Source: Raillietiella orientalis
Taxonomy: Eukaryota
Length of the DNA stretch: 64,000 nt
Assembly: GCA_036172245.1 (NCBI GenBank)
Contig: JAYWIR010000071.1
Coordinates: forward strand, 310,001-374,000
Reading direction: 5' to 3'
A model generated the notes under the pieces. That model ran no database searches. It was not told the DNA's origin and saw only the letters and a list, made by a program, of their open reading frames with translations. The position numbers and the translations under genes are program-made. Within the stretch, counting starts at the first letter, position 1. Each line of letters starts with the position of its first letter. Below are positions 52,370 through 64,000 of this stretch, one piece after another.

Positions 52370-53165
52370 AATTTCTTTTCCAGACAAAGAAGAATAGGGA
52401 GGTCGTGTGGGTCGGTGAACCCACCAGTCCTTAAAAATTTCAGGAGAGGGAACAAGGAAAAGCACCGGCTCGCAGACTGGCTGCACAGAAGGACAGGGAA
52501 GGTGTAAGGGAGGGGACAATAAAGGGAAAAGCAAAATCGGCTGTGGAGGGCTGCCTCTGGTGCTGTGCAGCCGCCAAAGGATGAAGAGGTGCGGATATCC
52601 ACTGAACCAAATGGCCTCTCTGTTAGGACATCGCTTCGGAGGTGGGTGCGCCCGGAGAAACCTCGGCTCCTGAGACCCCTCCGGAAGACGTCATGCAGGA
52701 GTGGACCGACTGATCCCGAGTGACCGCCACACCTCTAGCCGCATCATTTCCTTCCCTGAGGGCAAGCGACAGAGCTGTCCACCGGCGGGGTGGCTGGAAG
52801 TTCTCCTGCACTGTCGCAGGAGTCAGAAAAGTCCCGGACGTCTGGAAGGCGAGTGGTCTGGTGGACGACGACGAGGACTCTACACGTTCTGGGTTCGAGG
52901 GGCTGCTGAGTGCGACCTCCGAAAGATCATGCAATCCGTCCTTCGCGTTTGTGCGCTTTAGTGCCAGCCGGCTACCCTGGGGCGTTTCTTTCCCGAGCGA
53001 AGAAGAGCAGGGAGGCCACGTGGATCGGTGGATCCATCAGCCTTTGAAAAATTCAGGAAACCACCGGCTCGCGGACCGGCTGAACAGAAGAGCGAGAGGA
53101 TGCCAAGAGAGGACAATAAATGGATAAACAACAGGGAGAAAGGGACGAGGAGTGGCGCTCTCTGA
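52370..53165 (+). repeat. Diverged direct repeat of about 180 bp (about 52370-52560 and 52985-53165)
   Basis: Shared blocks GTGG.TCGGTG...CCA.CAG...TT.AAAA.TTCAGGA, CACCGGCTCGC.GAC.GGCTG.ACAGAAG and GGACAATAAA.GG. Confidence 0.75.
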
Positions 53166-55949
53166 AGCCTATAGGCGAAGCAGGCGGCGACCTCCTCGAC
53201 TCTTCTATTCGTGGAAGGTCACTTTTCCACGTCCCTCATCGCGGCGGGGTTGAGAGAGCGGTGCTCCACCTTCCTCTCTGAGGCACCTCCTCCATATTCC
53301 AGTGCGCCACGGTCCTGCTGACGGGCCTCACAGGACGGGGCGATCGGTAGGATAGGCCGAAAACCCGCCCCGCGCGAAGAGCCACTGCACAAGCCCTTCC
53401 GGGGCGTCTTCGGGCCGGAAGCAGAGCAGCGCTGCAGGGCGTTTCTGCACGATCCGAAGATGATCGCGTCCCGGTAGCGGACGCGTGCAAGTTTCGACCC
53501 CTCCGCAGATGGCGCAGCTCGAGGAGACACCGCCTCCTCTCGTCCGACGGCGCCTCCACCCGGCCGCGCGGGAAGCCCCAGCGCACGAGCCGTGAAGCCT
53601 CTTCGTGCTGCCCCCTGGGGGAGAGAAGCCTGGATCCATCAAAGCAGAAGGAGGGGGAGGAGTCGCCATCTCCGATGGCGCATTCCGTTTAGCGAAGCAG
53701 TCCTTTGGCTCGTGTGCCGCCGACTAGTCAATCGACCGACCGGCCGGCTTCCTCGCTCCTACCGTGGGGCACGAGATGATGTACTCTGCCGGTCGGAAGC
53801 TCACGTTTTTCTCCAGTGGAGAGGAAAGCGCTGCAGATAGAGGGGTGGCTCGGGAGCACTTCTTCCGGTTCCTTCCCATTTCCTCCTGGGGGGCAACTCT
53901 CCGGTTGTGAACAGAACGCACCAGCCCTACGTGAGAGCGCGTGGTGCAGATCAAGCTGCCCGCTGCCTCCTGCCACCTTGCGTTGGAGTTGGTGGGAAAG
54001 CAGATCCGCCGATCTTCCTACAGGGCAGCGATCTACCTCAGTCGGGACCTGAGCGCCTTCATGCGGTCTCGCTTGCGAGGTAGCAACGACGTCGTTTCCT
54101 CGAAACCGACCGCGAGTCTCAGGATTTCGCGCGCATGATATCCGGGACAGGTGACCAGTGGATATCCCTTGTTCTCAATCACCGAAGATCCAAGTTGCTC
54201 GCAGACGACTGCCTTCCTGCTGCTCATGAACTCTTCACTTCACTGCTGGCACTAATTCCGACATGCATCCTGCCAGACAGCCGTCCAAGAGTGATGTTGA
54301 AATTTTCTTTCTTGCAACCACGCTCAAGGTGACTTCAACTAAATTCTTCGTTTCTGGATGCAGAGATGTCAACAGCTTGAAGCAGCTTTCAACAATAAAT
54401 CCGTCAGTCTCCAAGGCAGTCTCTTGTCCGGTTGGCACGCAGATATTCATCAGCTGTCCGCTAGGCAAACCGGAGCAGTGTTTTCGGATGCTGGAATATG
54501 AGAAAGACCCCGTCCGATTCCCCAAGATTCAATGTCAGATTCTCTGACAATGAACCAGACTCGAAACGTCTTGTGGCATCCATTTTTGGCCGTGAAACAG
54601 CGTGAGGTACCAAACGCTAACTGCTTTGGCAAGCAGCTAATGCTTGCCAAAGCACAAAACTAGAAGTCCCTGAGCCGACCAGCTCTCAAACACGAGAAGC
54701 ATCTCAAAATTAAGGGCCGATCGGATAGAAAGAAAGAACAAATAAGAGGGACAAAAATGTATTCATGATTCTAGACACATAAATCCTCACGTCATCTTTC
54801 TACATGGTCACCATTGTTTTCCAAACACTTTTGATACCGTGGAAGAAGCTTTTTTTAAAACCTTCTGCATCAAATTCTGACTCTGGGAGTTCAGCTAGTT
54901 CAGTAGCACTGCAGTTTTCAACTCCTCACTTTCTCCCTCGAGTCGTTGAGCCACTTCCGGATGTGCAGAAAGGAAGATGTGATAGTCACTGGTCAGGACT
55001 GTAAGAGAGTGATCCAAAAGTTCCCATTTGGGTTTCTGAATTGTCAGACCAGACTCTGTACGCAATGCCTCAAGCATCTTGAGACGCGAGCTCAAGCCAT
55101 CTTCCAAGAACATCTTCTTATTCCAAGAACAGAACTAAGTCATCCGCATAGTCTAAGATGAATTCTCGCTCCAAAAGACTCCGTTAGCTCCTAAATAGGG
55201 GTCCAGCGCCAGAAATGAAAAGTAGACAGTATGCTGGACAACCTGCTTCAACCTTCTTCATAGGTGAATGCCGTTTGTAGATTCGGATGCTCTCTGGTTC
55301 CGATTGTGAGCTCCTAAATCAGCGTCTCCGATTAGGGAAGCAAAGATCTCACCAACTACCCACTCTCTCTCGTGGTGAGCCCTAGCCACCATCACACCCT
55401 TGGTCGCAGTGCTGTCCTCCCTGTGGAAGAGGGCGGCGGGTAGTCGACCGACGGCAGGCTGGGAGCTTGCGTGCTGCACAGAAATGGTAACGAAACTCCT
55501 AGGCTAACAGTCCACGAGCCGGCTGGCTGGTTACCTACCTTCGATGCCCACGCAATAAATCTGCATCTTTCATACATTCCGCTTACCGAACAGCCTGCGA
55601 TTCCTTCACATATGGACAGCCTGAGCATCCCAACTAAAGTGGCAACACTGACGTTGCTTTTCATGCACTTTCCCGTGAAAGGAGCGCTGGTATTCCAAGT
55701 ATAGAGGAGCGTCTTCTGCAGCTATGTCAGGTGTGAGGGACGATATTCATAGATAATGTTGGGTCCCGTAGAACAAATACTCTTCACATGCCACAGATGA
55801 AGTTGGAGGAAAAAATGGGAAGCAAATGCACAGGGAGTGAAAAAAGAAGTATGTGATGTATGTGACGACGCATGGCGCTAACGATACGTCTCGCATCCGT
55901 GACTGGAAACTTTTATAGGAAACTGGCAACTTTTATGTAGTTCTGGGAA

Positions 55950-57900
55950 GTTTTTTCAACTCAAGGTTTTGTGAAAGTCTTCTGTCATTACTCACAATTC
56001 CCTCGTTTCCGGGACAATCCCTTTCTAGATTTTTGTTCCTCTTGTATACATCCAATTCCACATCAGACCTTTACTGGCTATTTTACTTGCATAAATTTTC
56101 GAGTTTCCTCGTCTCCCTCCACATCGAAGGAGGCACCTCTCACATCTTGGAAACTTTTGTCATTCTTTCAATCAACTAATCGCCCGATGGACCTCCTACT
56201 TCTAAGCATCTAATCCTAGCTCCTTATTCCGTCTATCGCCTTGGATCCTCACAAACAACTTCGTACCACGAAACTTTCTTGCATATATCCTAAGAACAGT
56301 CTATGATCACCTTTCACTGTTCTCAAGAGTGACCTTAAGCTTCTATTCACCATTTGTTGTCTCCTCATCTCTGACCATCTCTTGACATGCTCTTTCTACG
56401 GCGGGTGGAGTTGAGAGATGAAATTTCACTTCATTATATTTATTTTTTTATGGTGCTTCCATCAAAGCTATCGGGCACGTAGTCCTCGGAGCAGAGCACT
56501 CACTCCTCAGTGCTGGTGAAATTCTGCTTGGAAAATAGCGCTGTTTTGAGTCAGGCACGTCGCATGCCTTCCTGAGCTGTAATATTATTTAATTAATTAA
56601 TACAAATATATTTTAGCATAAATTTATATAATTTTAATATTATTATGTAACATAAAAATGTTTAAATACGTTATTTATTCATTATATATTTATATTGATT
56701 TTATTCCTGATCTCAAATGTGGTTGAAATCCCACCGTGACCCCCATGCGACTCCCACTGGCCGAGAGTTTGCAGTGTCTGCCCTTTTCGCATTCTCTTCA
56801 GCTGCAGTGCGGTCTGACTCGTGTTTACACCCAGAGAAAGTTCAAGTGTTTCTTCATCAACCTTCCACGAGGCAGATTCGTCTGTATCACGTGGACTGCG
56901 GAAGCATCCACATGTCTCACTTTTGTTTCCACGGATCTTGGCTTCTGCGCATTGCTCACCTTCTCAGGGCTCACTTCTCTGGGAGCAACTGGAAGCAGAG
57001 CGTGTTGGCTCATTCTAATTCTCCCTCCAAGCTCCCATTCCTCTTTAAGCTTTTCTGTAGATTCTCAACAGAGATTTCTGCCGTCCCGGTGTCATATGAG
57101 CACATGAGATGCCGCGCATAAGTATCCGCCCGGTGTCATCTGCCTGAATCCGGAGGATGCCATCTATACCAACCCGGAGAGTTTCCGAAGGAGGTTGCTT
57201 ACACGACACAACCCCGTTGTCCTCTGATCCAAGCCCTCCAAAGTTTGCTGCAAAATTCCTTTCTCCTTCCTACTCACCTGTTATTCAGGAAACCAAGCGC
57301 TTCTACCGCAGGCTGGGATGGAGCTGCAGCCAGTGCTACTGCTGCGCGCAGCCCAACTCTCTCATCCACTTATCACGGTACGTAATGCTTCAACAGTTCC
57401 TGCCGACCACCCTTGGCTGCTGATTGGCCACGCACACATGGAATGATGGTCGTCGTCGATAGTTGATCTCGTTTCCCAATCAACTTTCACCCTGTAACCT
57501 CCATCGTCCTGTCTTCCATTGTACAGTTCCGGTGTGGTTCCTGGGTTTCAGATGTATCTGCACAGCTGCAGGATATTCTTCTTGCACTCCCTCATAGCCG
57601 ACATACACGGAGTCTTCCATCATAACCAATGCATCATTTTTTTCCCATCATCGGAAGCTGTTCCTTGTTTCCTGGTCGCTGCACGCGTCCATGAACCTTC
57701 TTTCGCTTCATTGTCAGAAGTAAACCCTCTGTCTGACTTTCGACGAAATCATCTCGGGCACGTCGTACACCCTCATTGTAGGGAGAGAGGAGAGAAAGGC
57801 TCGAGAAAAGCTCTCAGCTGTGGAAAGGCCTCCAGGTGCTGGCGTTTCCAGGAGCTGCAGAACAGACCACTCGATAAAGAATTGCTCAACTCAACCTGTA
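55950..57900 (-). mobile_element. Decayed RTE/CR1-like non-LTR element (endonuclease to start of RT)
   Basis: RSTID-like endonuclease motif near 57460, and EEVHRAIS.LKNDKS plus RGNCE..(G.C.NYR-like) near 56000-56200. Many stops. Confidence 0.35.
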
Positions 57901-58284
57901 CCAAAAAGGGCCAAACCAAGCATTCCTCACTTGATGCAAAAAAGATTAATAGTTGACCTCGGTACCATATGGCACGTCTCATAGATATGCAGATAAGAGA
58001 GCAAAGAGCAGGACGCCAGAGGAATGATCCAAGGGAGCAATCTGGATGCTATCTTGCATATGGGATAAGCATGTGTCCTCTTAGTATCTAGCCACTGAGA
58101 GAGTGAGCGAAGATCAGGAGAGCTACAGAATGGCTAGGCAAACGTAGGAGAGAGGTCGCTAAGGCACGACAAATGAGTGCTGGACTGGAACAAAAAAACT
58201 CCCAGTTTTCATTCTAGGAGATCAGTGAAGCGAGTTTCATAAGAGCTGGACTGAGGCAACACAAACGGAAGTGACGGCAACAAG

Positions 58285-58965
58285 CTAAAGAGTCGCCGAT
58301 TGACTGGGCGTGGCGCCAAACAACTCGGGATCAAGCCCTGGAAACACAGAGCCTATCAGGATGATGAGAGCACCCGGTATTTCCGTGCTAATCTTTGTAT
58401 ATTCTTCGAGAATAGCGCGTTCACCCACATCAAGGTCACTGGACCTTGAAAAAGACATGCAATCTTCCGTGGTTCACTGCGACGGAATGGTCACCAAGGG
58501 AACAAAAAAAACTTCCTCATAAAGAGATGCATTTCCCACAGGTCTTCAACTCTCGATCTTGCATCGCCGATAGGGTTCACCTCAGAGCTTCACAAAGGCT
58601 GGATGTAGGCTTCGACCTCTCTGCAGATCCAGATGCGTTCCTGGAGGCTCACCTGAACAACGAAGCTCATCGTGCGTGGCATCGAACCGCATCCCTACGT
58701 AAGACTCCGGTCAGGATCGGTTTACCTGTTCGAAGGCGAGAGAGCCACGCATCTGCGAAGGTCAAATCGACTTTCGTAGAAGGCGCTCCCACCAATCGCT
58801 CACTCCTGCCAGACTTGTCGAAGCCTGCAGCCTAAAAGAAAAGGAATTTATTGTCGACCTAAGAGGTCCAGGATCTCCTCTCACTGAGGGCATTTGTTCC
58901 AGAGCCCCACGCTATTCCCACCTGCGCAGTACAGCCAATCGCCTGCGAGCAACGATGCGAGTCGT
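58285..58965 (-). CDS. 3' half of the uncharacterised gene begun at 42355-43662(+). Exons 58965-58885, 58831-58804, 58752-58726, 58652-58594, 58557-58495, 58444-58285
   Basis: Six phase-consistent GT-AG exons: (P)RLASLLAGDWLYCAGGNSVGLWNKCPQLQASTSLAGMRGSLAFEQVSLQERIWICREVEAYIQPLSRVEDLWEMHLFMRKFFLFPWSSDLDVGERAILEEYTKISTEIPGALIILIGSVFPGLDPELFGATPSQSATL*. The first acceptor is phase 2 and lies 16 nt from the right repeat arm. Confidence 0.7.
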
Positions 58966-58981
58966 CTGCCCAACTCCCACA

Positions 58982-60545
58982 GTGCCGCCGCTCCCGAGAG
59001 CGCGCCACCGCATCCTCACAGCTTCTTCCCCCTCGGGAATAACGCCGCCCCAGCCGCCTCCGCTAGCCCCAGTCAGGGGGTGGCGAGCAGCGTGCGCGCC
59101 TCCCCACCTTCGACCCTGTCCTCCTCTTCCCGCTGCTCGCTTTCCAGCCCTGCAAAGCCGGGAGCGCTTGCGGCAAAGGACGTCCCGGAAGGGGCGCTCC
59201 TCCACGTCGGCGCGCTGCCGGGAAAACGGGGAGCCTTTCCCCACCCCACCCCTTTCACCGCCGCCCGCCCGCGCCCGACCTCCTCTCGTTGCCGGCACTC
59301 TCAGCGCGGCCCGGAGGAGCGCATGGGGTCGCTCCTTCCTCGTCGCGGCCGCGGCTTCCGCCGGTCCGCAGAGGCGGACGGAACGCCCGGGAAGCATGCG
59401 CGATCCCCCCACAGGTCGGGGGAGAGCCCTTCCACCCTCCGCGGGAAATGACAGGAAGGGGAAGCCTCTCCTTCTCCCTCCCCCCTCGGCAGCGAATCTT
59501 CGATGCAGGGGTGAGCGCGGTCAGCAGTAGCGCCGCCACCATCCACCCCTACAAGCCCTTCCTCCTTTTCGTGCCCCGAGACAGCAGCGTGTCGACGGGC
59601 CGACGGAGCAGGCGGGGTGCGGGCCTCTTCATCCCCCGCCGCCGCCGCCGGGGGAGGCGCGCCGTCGCGCCAGGAGATCACGGCTCCGTCCCCGCGCCAT
59701 CCATCCGCACGGGCTCACGGACCACCTTCCCTGAGTCACCGTTGCCGCCGTCGGTGGCGCCCTCGCCGGGCTCTCACTCGGCGCCCGGTATCCCGCACCG
59801 GTAGCGACCGCCTCGCTGGTCACTGCCCCCCCCCCCAACACCCACTCGAAGGGTCTGAAATTCGCCTCCAACCTTGCTGTCGGTGGCGACGCGGGCTGTG
59901 CGGGTCGCTCTCGGGACGGAAGGCCCACGGGTGGCTGGAAGGTGGAGAAGGAGGAGGAGGAGGATGCTAACCTCGCCTCAGCCTGGCTGAAGAGGGAGGG
60001 CCACCTGCGGACAATCCGAAGCTGCGGAGGCGGCAGCGCCCGCAGTCCTTGCCACGCACCCCTTCTTCCGGTCGCCGATGGGCGTTTCCGCGCGAGAACC
60101 GTGGGGTTGGCAGGGCGGCAGTCGACGTCCCGCCGCTCCCCCGTCGGCAGCGAGGGGAGGCGGGACGGGTGGTCGCTCGAGCCATCGGGCAGGGGGCGAT
60201 CCGGAAATCAAGAAGCGATTGCAGCGAGGTCTTCGGCTAAGGAAAGGCGCAATCGGAGCAGGCGCTTCCGAGTGGCCCGGGACCGCTTTGGCTTTCCGGT
60301 GCTTCCCACTGACGGTCTCGGCAGCCTCGGGGCTGGAGTCCGGATGCTGCCTCCCCGGTTCCGCTCCGCATCTTCCTTTCCCCCCGAGGCGCGGACCGCT
60401 CGCTCGGGATGCGCGCGTCTGCTTCCTGCAACCGCCGACGTCCCCGCTTGGCGCTCCAGCGCCGCATCCCCTGGAGCAGGGGTCAGCGGGGGTAGGATAG
60501 GGGAGCGCTCCTTGCGGCCTCCGCTCGGTGTCATGGAGGTCGCAT
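58982..60545 (-). repeat. Right arm of the 1.56 kb inverted repeat (partner 43721-45283)
   Basis: Reverse-complement identity to 43721-45283 breaks abruptly at 58981 and 60546. Confidence 0.98.
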
Positions 60546-60549
60546 CCCG

Positions 60550-63500
60550 ATGAGAGCATTTCTGATGGTATCCTGGGTCTGTCGTCAGTGCTGCCCTCGC
60601 CTTTGTCTGGGGGCAAGGGACATCGCTGCAAATGTGCTCACGTGTACTGCAGCATGTTGATTGCACTCTCGCTGAACCACTACGCAAGTGGTCGATCGAG
60701 GTCGCAACGGATTCTGAGTCGATGCTTCGCGGCTCCTCCTATCCCGGAACCGGAGTCTGGTCCTCCGCCAAAGGCGGTGCCTTCGCGCAGCCCCGGGGCG
60801 TGGCTTCTGTTGAGATCTGGGGAAGCAAGTCTCGTGGATGGCTGCCTCCCGGCATCCGAGGAGTCGTCTGGAGCATGGAGCGGGGCATCGTCTGGCATGG
60901 CGGAGATGCACTGCCTGCTTCCTCGCCTCCAGAGTTTCTTCCAGATGATCTTGCCATGCTCGGATTCCCAGTCATGGCGCTCGTGAGAGCAGAAGACGAG
61001 ACTGGCCACGAGTTCTGAGTGTTCGATTGCGTCATGTCAGGAATTCTCGAGAACCTTCCGCCGGATGGCTTTAACGCCTCCCGAATAGCGACCTCATTGC
61101 CAACGATTTCTCCGGAAGACACGATTTGCGCCACCAGCAGAGGGAACCAGTTCGGCATCTCGTTCTTAGAAGTCCCAGCTTCAGTTCCCAGAGGAGGACG
61201 GGTCACTTTTGTCTTCTGCGGCAAGGCAAGGACCCCGCTCTGGCATTGGGTCATGGCTGGCTCCGGTCCCACCTCGGCTTGGCTTGCTGTTCCTCAAGCA
61301 CGGGACACAAGGGCAGTTCTGGAAAACGGACCAAGGGTCAAGGGCACGCCGAGCTTCCTCCTGCTCTGATGCAACGACGACTCGATCTGCAGGTCTTCCT
61401 CACGGCGGCGCGTTTGTGGTCCTCGCTCGCTGCCTAGAGGCCGGTTAGCTGGTGGCCAATGGTTCGGGGTTGCTATCAGGAAATCTCTTTGGAGAAAGAG
61501 ATTGCAGGGAAAACATCCAGGCTCCGGAGGATCAGGCACGCCGTCTGCAGCTGAGGACCTCATGTTAAGCTCTCCCCACCACTCGAAGAGACGAGGAGCA
61601 AGGGAGGCCTCGGAGTGAGGAATCCAGGAAGGAAATCTCTTCTTCCTTATTCTCTCCAGAGAAGGGCTCCGGAGAAGGGAGTCCTTACGCTCGTCTCTTA
61701 CGCCTGGGAGGGGTTCCCGGAGGGAAACCTCCACTCTGGTTGTCTCCAAAGGAAACCTGAAGGGAATCTCCTCTCCATTATTCTCTCCGGAGGTAACCAG
61801 AGTATCCAGGAAGGAGGAATTTTTTCTCCAGAGGGAACCCACAAGGGAACCGCTCCTGATTTCCCCCTCCTCTAAAGAGAGCCCCGAAGGAACGCTTCCG
61901 AATTTTCTCAGAAGGACATTCCCCGAAGAGAGCGGCACTCTTCTTTGCACTCTGAATAGCATCATCAATCCACCGGGTCCATGACACGAGACGGAGGGTT
62001 CATCCACGAGGGGGGAGGGGCGAACTCCTTTCACAACCGGACGGGAATCCCCACTCTTTGCTTCTGTTTCCCGGAAGGACTCCAGAGGATCGACTCCCAA
62101 TCCCGGGCACTCATCGGAGGCATCCAGTTTGAACCGCTACCGGTACTGCACCCGAATAATTGGCCAACTAGCCTCATCTCGCGGTGGGGATTCGAACCCA
62201 CGACGCATCCCCATCTCTCGGCATCGATTCTTTCCGCGTATTCACCTGCCACGCCTGGTGGTGCCACGCTCAGAGACCGCAACCTCGTGGCCTCCGACGC
62301 GGGCTGGTGGCCAACAGTGGTTCGGAGTTTCTACCACGATAAGTAGGAGGCGGATGCATTCTGTAAGGCTGGCGCAACCGTCAAAACGGGGAAGCTGCAG
62401 CTTTCGTCCCGGCGCATGAGCGTACATTCGCGCTAAGGAGGATACGAGGCGCGCGTGCTAGGCTCTCAGGGAGAGATTGCTGATCCCAGCTGAAGTTCCT
62501 GTCTGCAATTCCCCTGTCCTTCTCTCGGAGATTTCGTTAGGAGGCTCACCCGCTGGAGGCGTCTCTTGCGCAGAAGCCAACCTGTGAGAAACGCATTGCA
62601 CTAGGGTCCTTTCCTTAGTGCAATGCATAAAAGGCTGGAGGTTCGTCGTGTGGCCTAGACGAAAGCCGGGGCTTAGAGACACGTCTGGCAGTCCGGGACG
62701 ACCAGGGCCAAGAGCGCTCGTCTCCGGATGAAATACGGAGCACCGAGCGCCAATTTTATTCCTCCATGTGCGCGACAACACCATCGGAACGCGACTTGCT
62801 GCCTGGTGTTCCCGTGATCGGGGAGTAGCGAACTCCTCTTGAGCGAGTCTTCGCGGCAGGAGAGATCATCTCCATCATCAGCAAGGTCAACAGGAGGAAA
62901 GCACCAGGGGAGGACAGCCTTCTGCTAAATTTTACCAGTGTTTCGCGGCAGAGATGACCCTGCCGGTACATCGGATATGCCCCGCTGATTCGGGAGACAG
63001 ACGAGCTGCCCGCCTCCTTCCCATTAGCAAAAGTACGTTTCCTTCCAAAGGGAGGAGACCAGCGTCCGGTTACCGTGATTAACACGGAAGCCAAGCTGCC
63101 TGCAAAGCTATGGACTGAATGCCTGGGGCGGTTAGCGGAAACCTTAACCAGTCCGGGATAGACTCACGCTGTTCCCGGACGAAGCGTGGAAACAAACCCG
63201 TTCCTTGTCAGATACTGGCCTCCGTTGAGACGAAGGGTTACGCCAATCGGCAAAAAAAATCCTGAATACCAAGATGGCCAGGGAGTAAGAGGCTACGCTG
63301 ACTCGGAGGCGTCGGGAGCCCTTGCTATCGCAGTAGGTTTGCAAAAGGATTCGACTGCGCCGACCAGGATCCTTTTGGAACTTCTGGAACTCATGGGTTT
63401 TTTGGATGCCCTCCTGGCCTACCTGCACTCCTGCTGGTGCGATAATCAACCTTTTTTTAGGGCCGACACGCATACGGCGTATCAATAAGGCATGGGCTTC

Positions 63501-64000
63501 GGCAAGGAGACAGCCTGAGCTCGTTGGTCTTCATCATCTACTTCGAGTTGGTGCCTAGAGCGTAGAGACAACTCTTGCTGCCCTTGCCAGCTCGTGCCCC
63601 GGTACGCCTATTGTGTCGTCCTAAGAGGACGATCTTCTGCTCCTGTTATTCGTGTCATCCTTGGCAGCACCTCTCGAGGAATTCCTCGAGCGGCGCTGCA
63701 GGGAAGCTGGCATGAGTGTAGACAGGGCGAATCGAGACAGTTCTTCCCGTTGGTGCGGCGTAAGCAGAGTAACCGGACTGGATCCACTTGGGGATCCCTA
63801 CGGTCAGGTGCCTGAAGTACTTGGGAGTCCCGTTTTGGGGGAATTGGACTTCTGCATAGCAGCAGCCTGGTCCAGTTGCCTCCAAAAGGCAGAATCGGCG
63901 CTCATCCCGTTCCTAAATGCCAAGTTTCTCTAACTGAAACGGACTGTCTCGTGAAACACATTTGTGGTTCCTCTCCTCCTACCCTGCGTTTTGTTTGTTC
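60550..64000 (+). mobile_element. Degenerate L1/Tx1-like LINE (ORF1-like, APE endonuclease, RT); runs off the window end
   Basis: GGDSN (GDFN-like) near 62185, then KAPGEDSL, LPKGGDQRPVTVINTEAKL, THAVPGRSVETN, GLQKD...LELMGF and GLRQGDSLSSLVFIIYFE. The YADD site has decayed to *EDD; frameshifts throughout. Confidence 0.8.

Noticed and set aside
58285..58760. In-frame TGA codons as possible selenocysteine or read-through
   Set aside because: The TGAs fall in GTGA splice donors or introns, and splicing removes them.
43721..60545. Giant TIR transposon (Maverick, Foldback or CACTA-like) with 1.56 kb TIRs
   Set aside because: No transposase, integrase or polB inside, and the termini match no known family. 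The only candidate TSD is CCC in GC-rich sequence. The interior contains half of a host gene that continues outside the repeat.
63673..63690. 18-bp palindrome CTCGAGGAATTCCTCGAG
   Set aside because: It lies inside decayed LINE RT coding sequence (LEEFLE) with no supporting context; probably chance.

Overview
Eukaryotic (invertebrate animal, probably ecdysozoan) genomic DNA with short GT-AG introns (often 36-70 nt). GC content switches sharply between AT-rich and GC-rich blocks. Recognisable spliced genes: 3' end of an aspartyl/asparaginyl beta-hydroxylase (ASPH), a TIKI/TRABD2 Wnt protease, a SUN1/UNC-84-like nuclear envelope protein, an acetyl-CoA synthetase, a Spaetzle-6-like ligand and a GM2-activator (ML domain) protein. 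These are interspersed with decayed L1/Tx1-like and RTE-like LINEs and Ty3/gypsy fragments. The main finding is an uncharacterised micro-exon gene split across the two strands. Its 5' exons lie on + (about 42.3-43.66 kb) and its 3' exons on - (58.97-58.29 kb). The two halves abut a pair of near-identical 1.56 kb inverted repeats (43721-45283 and 58982-60545). Flipping the 13.7 kb between the repeats restores one phase-consistent, stop-free gene. This is either a real inversion (fixed, polymorphic or switchable) or a mis-oriented assembly. No CRISPR arrays, rRNA or tRNA genes were recognised. All family assignments come from manual translation and remembered motifs, not database searches.
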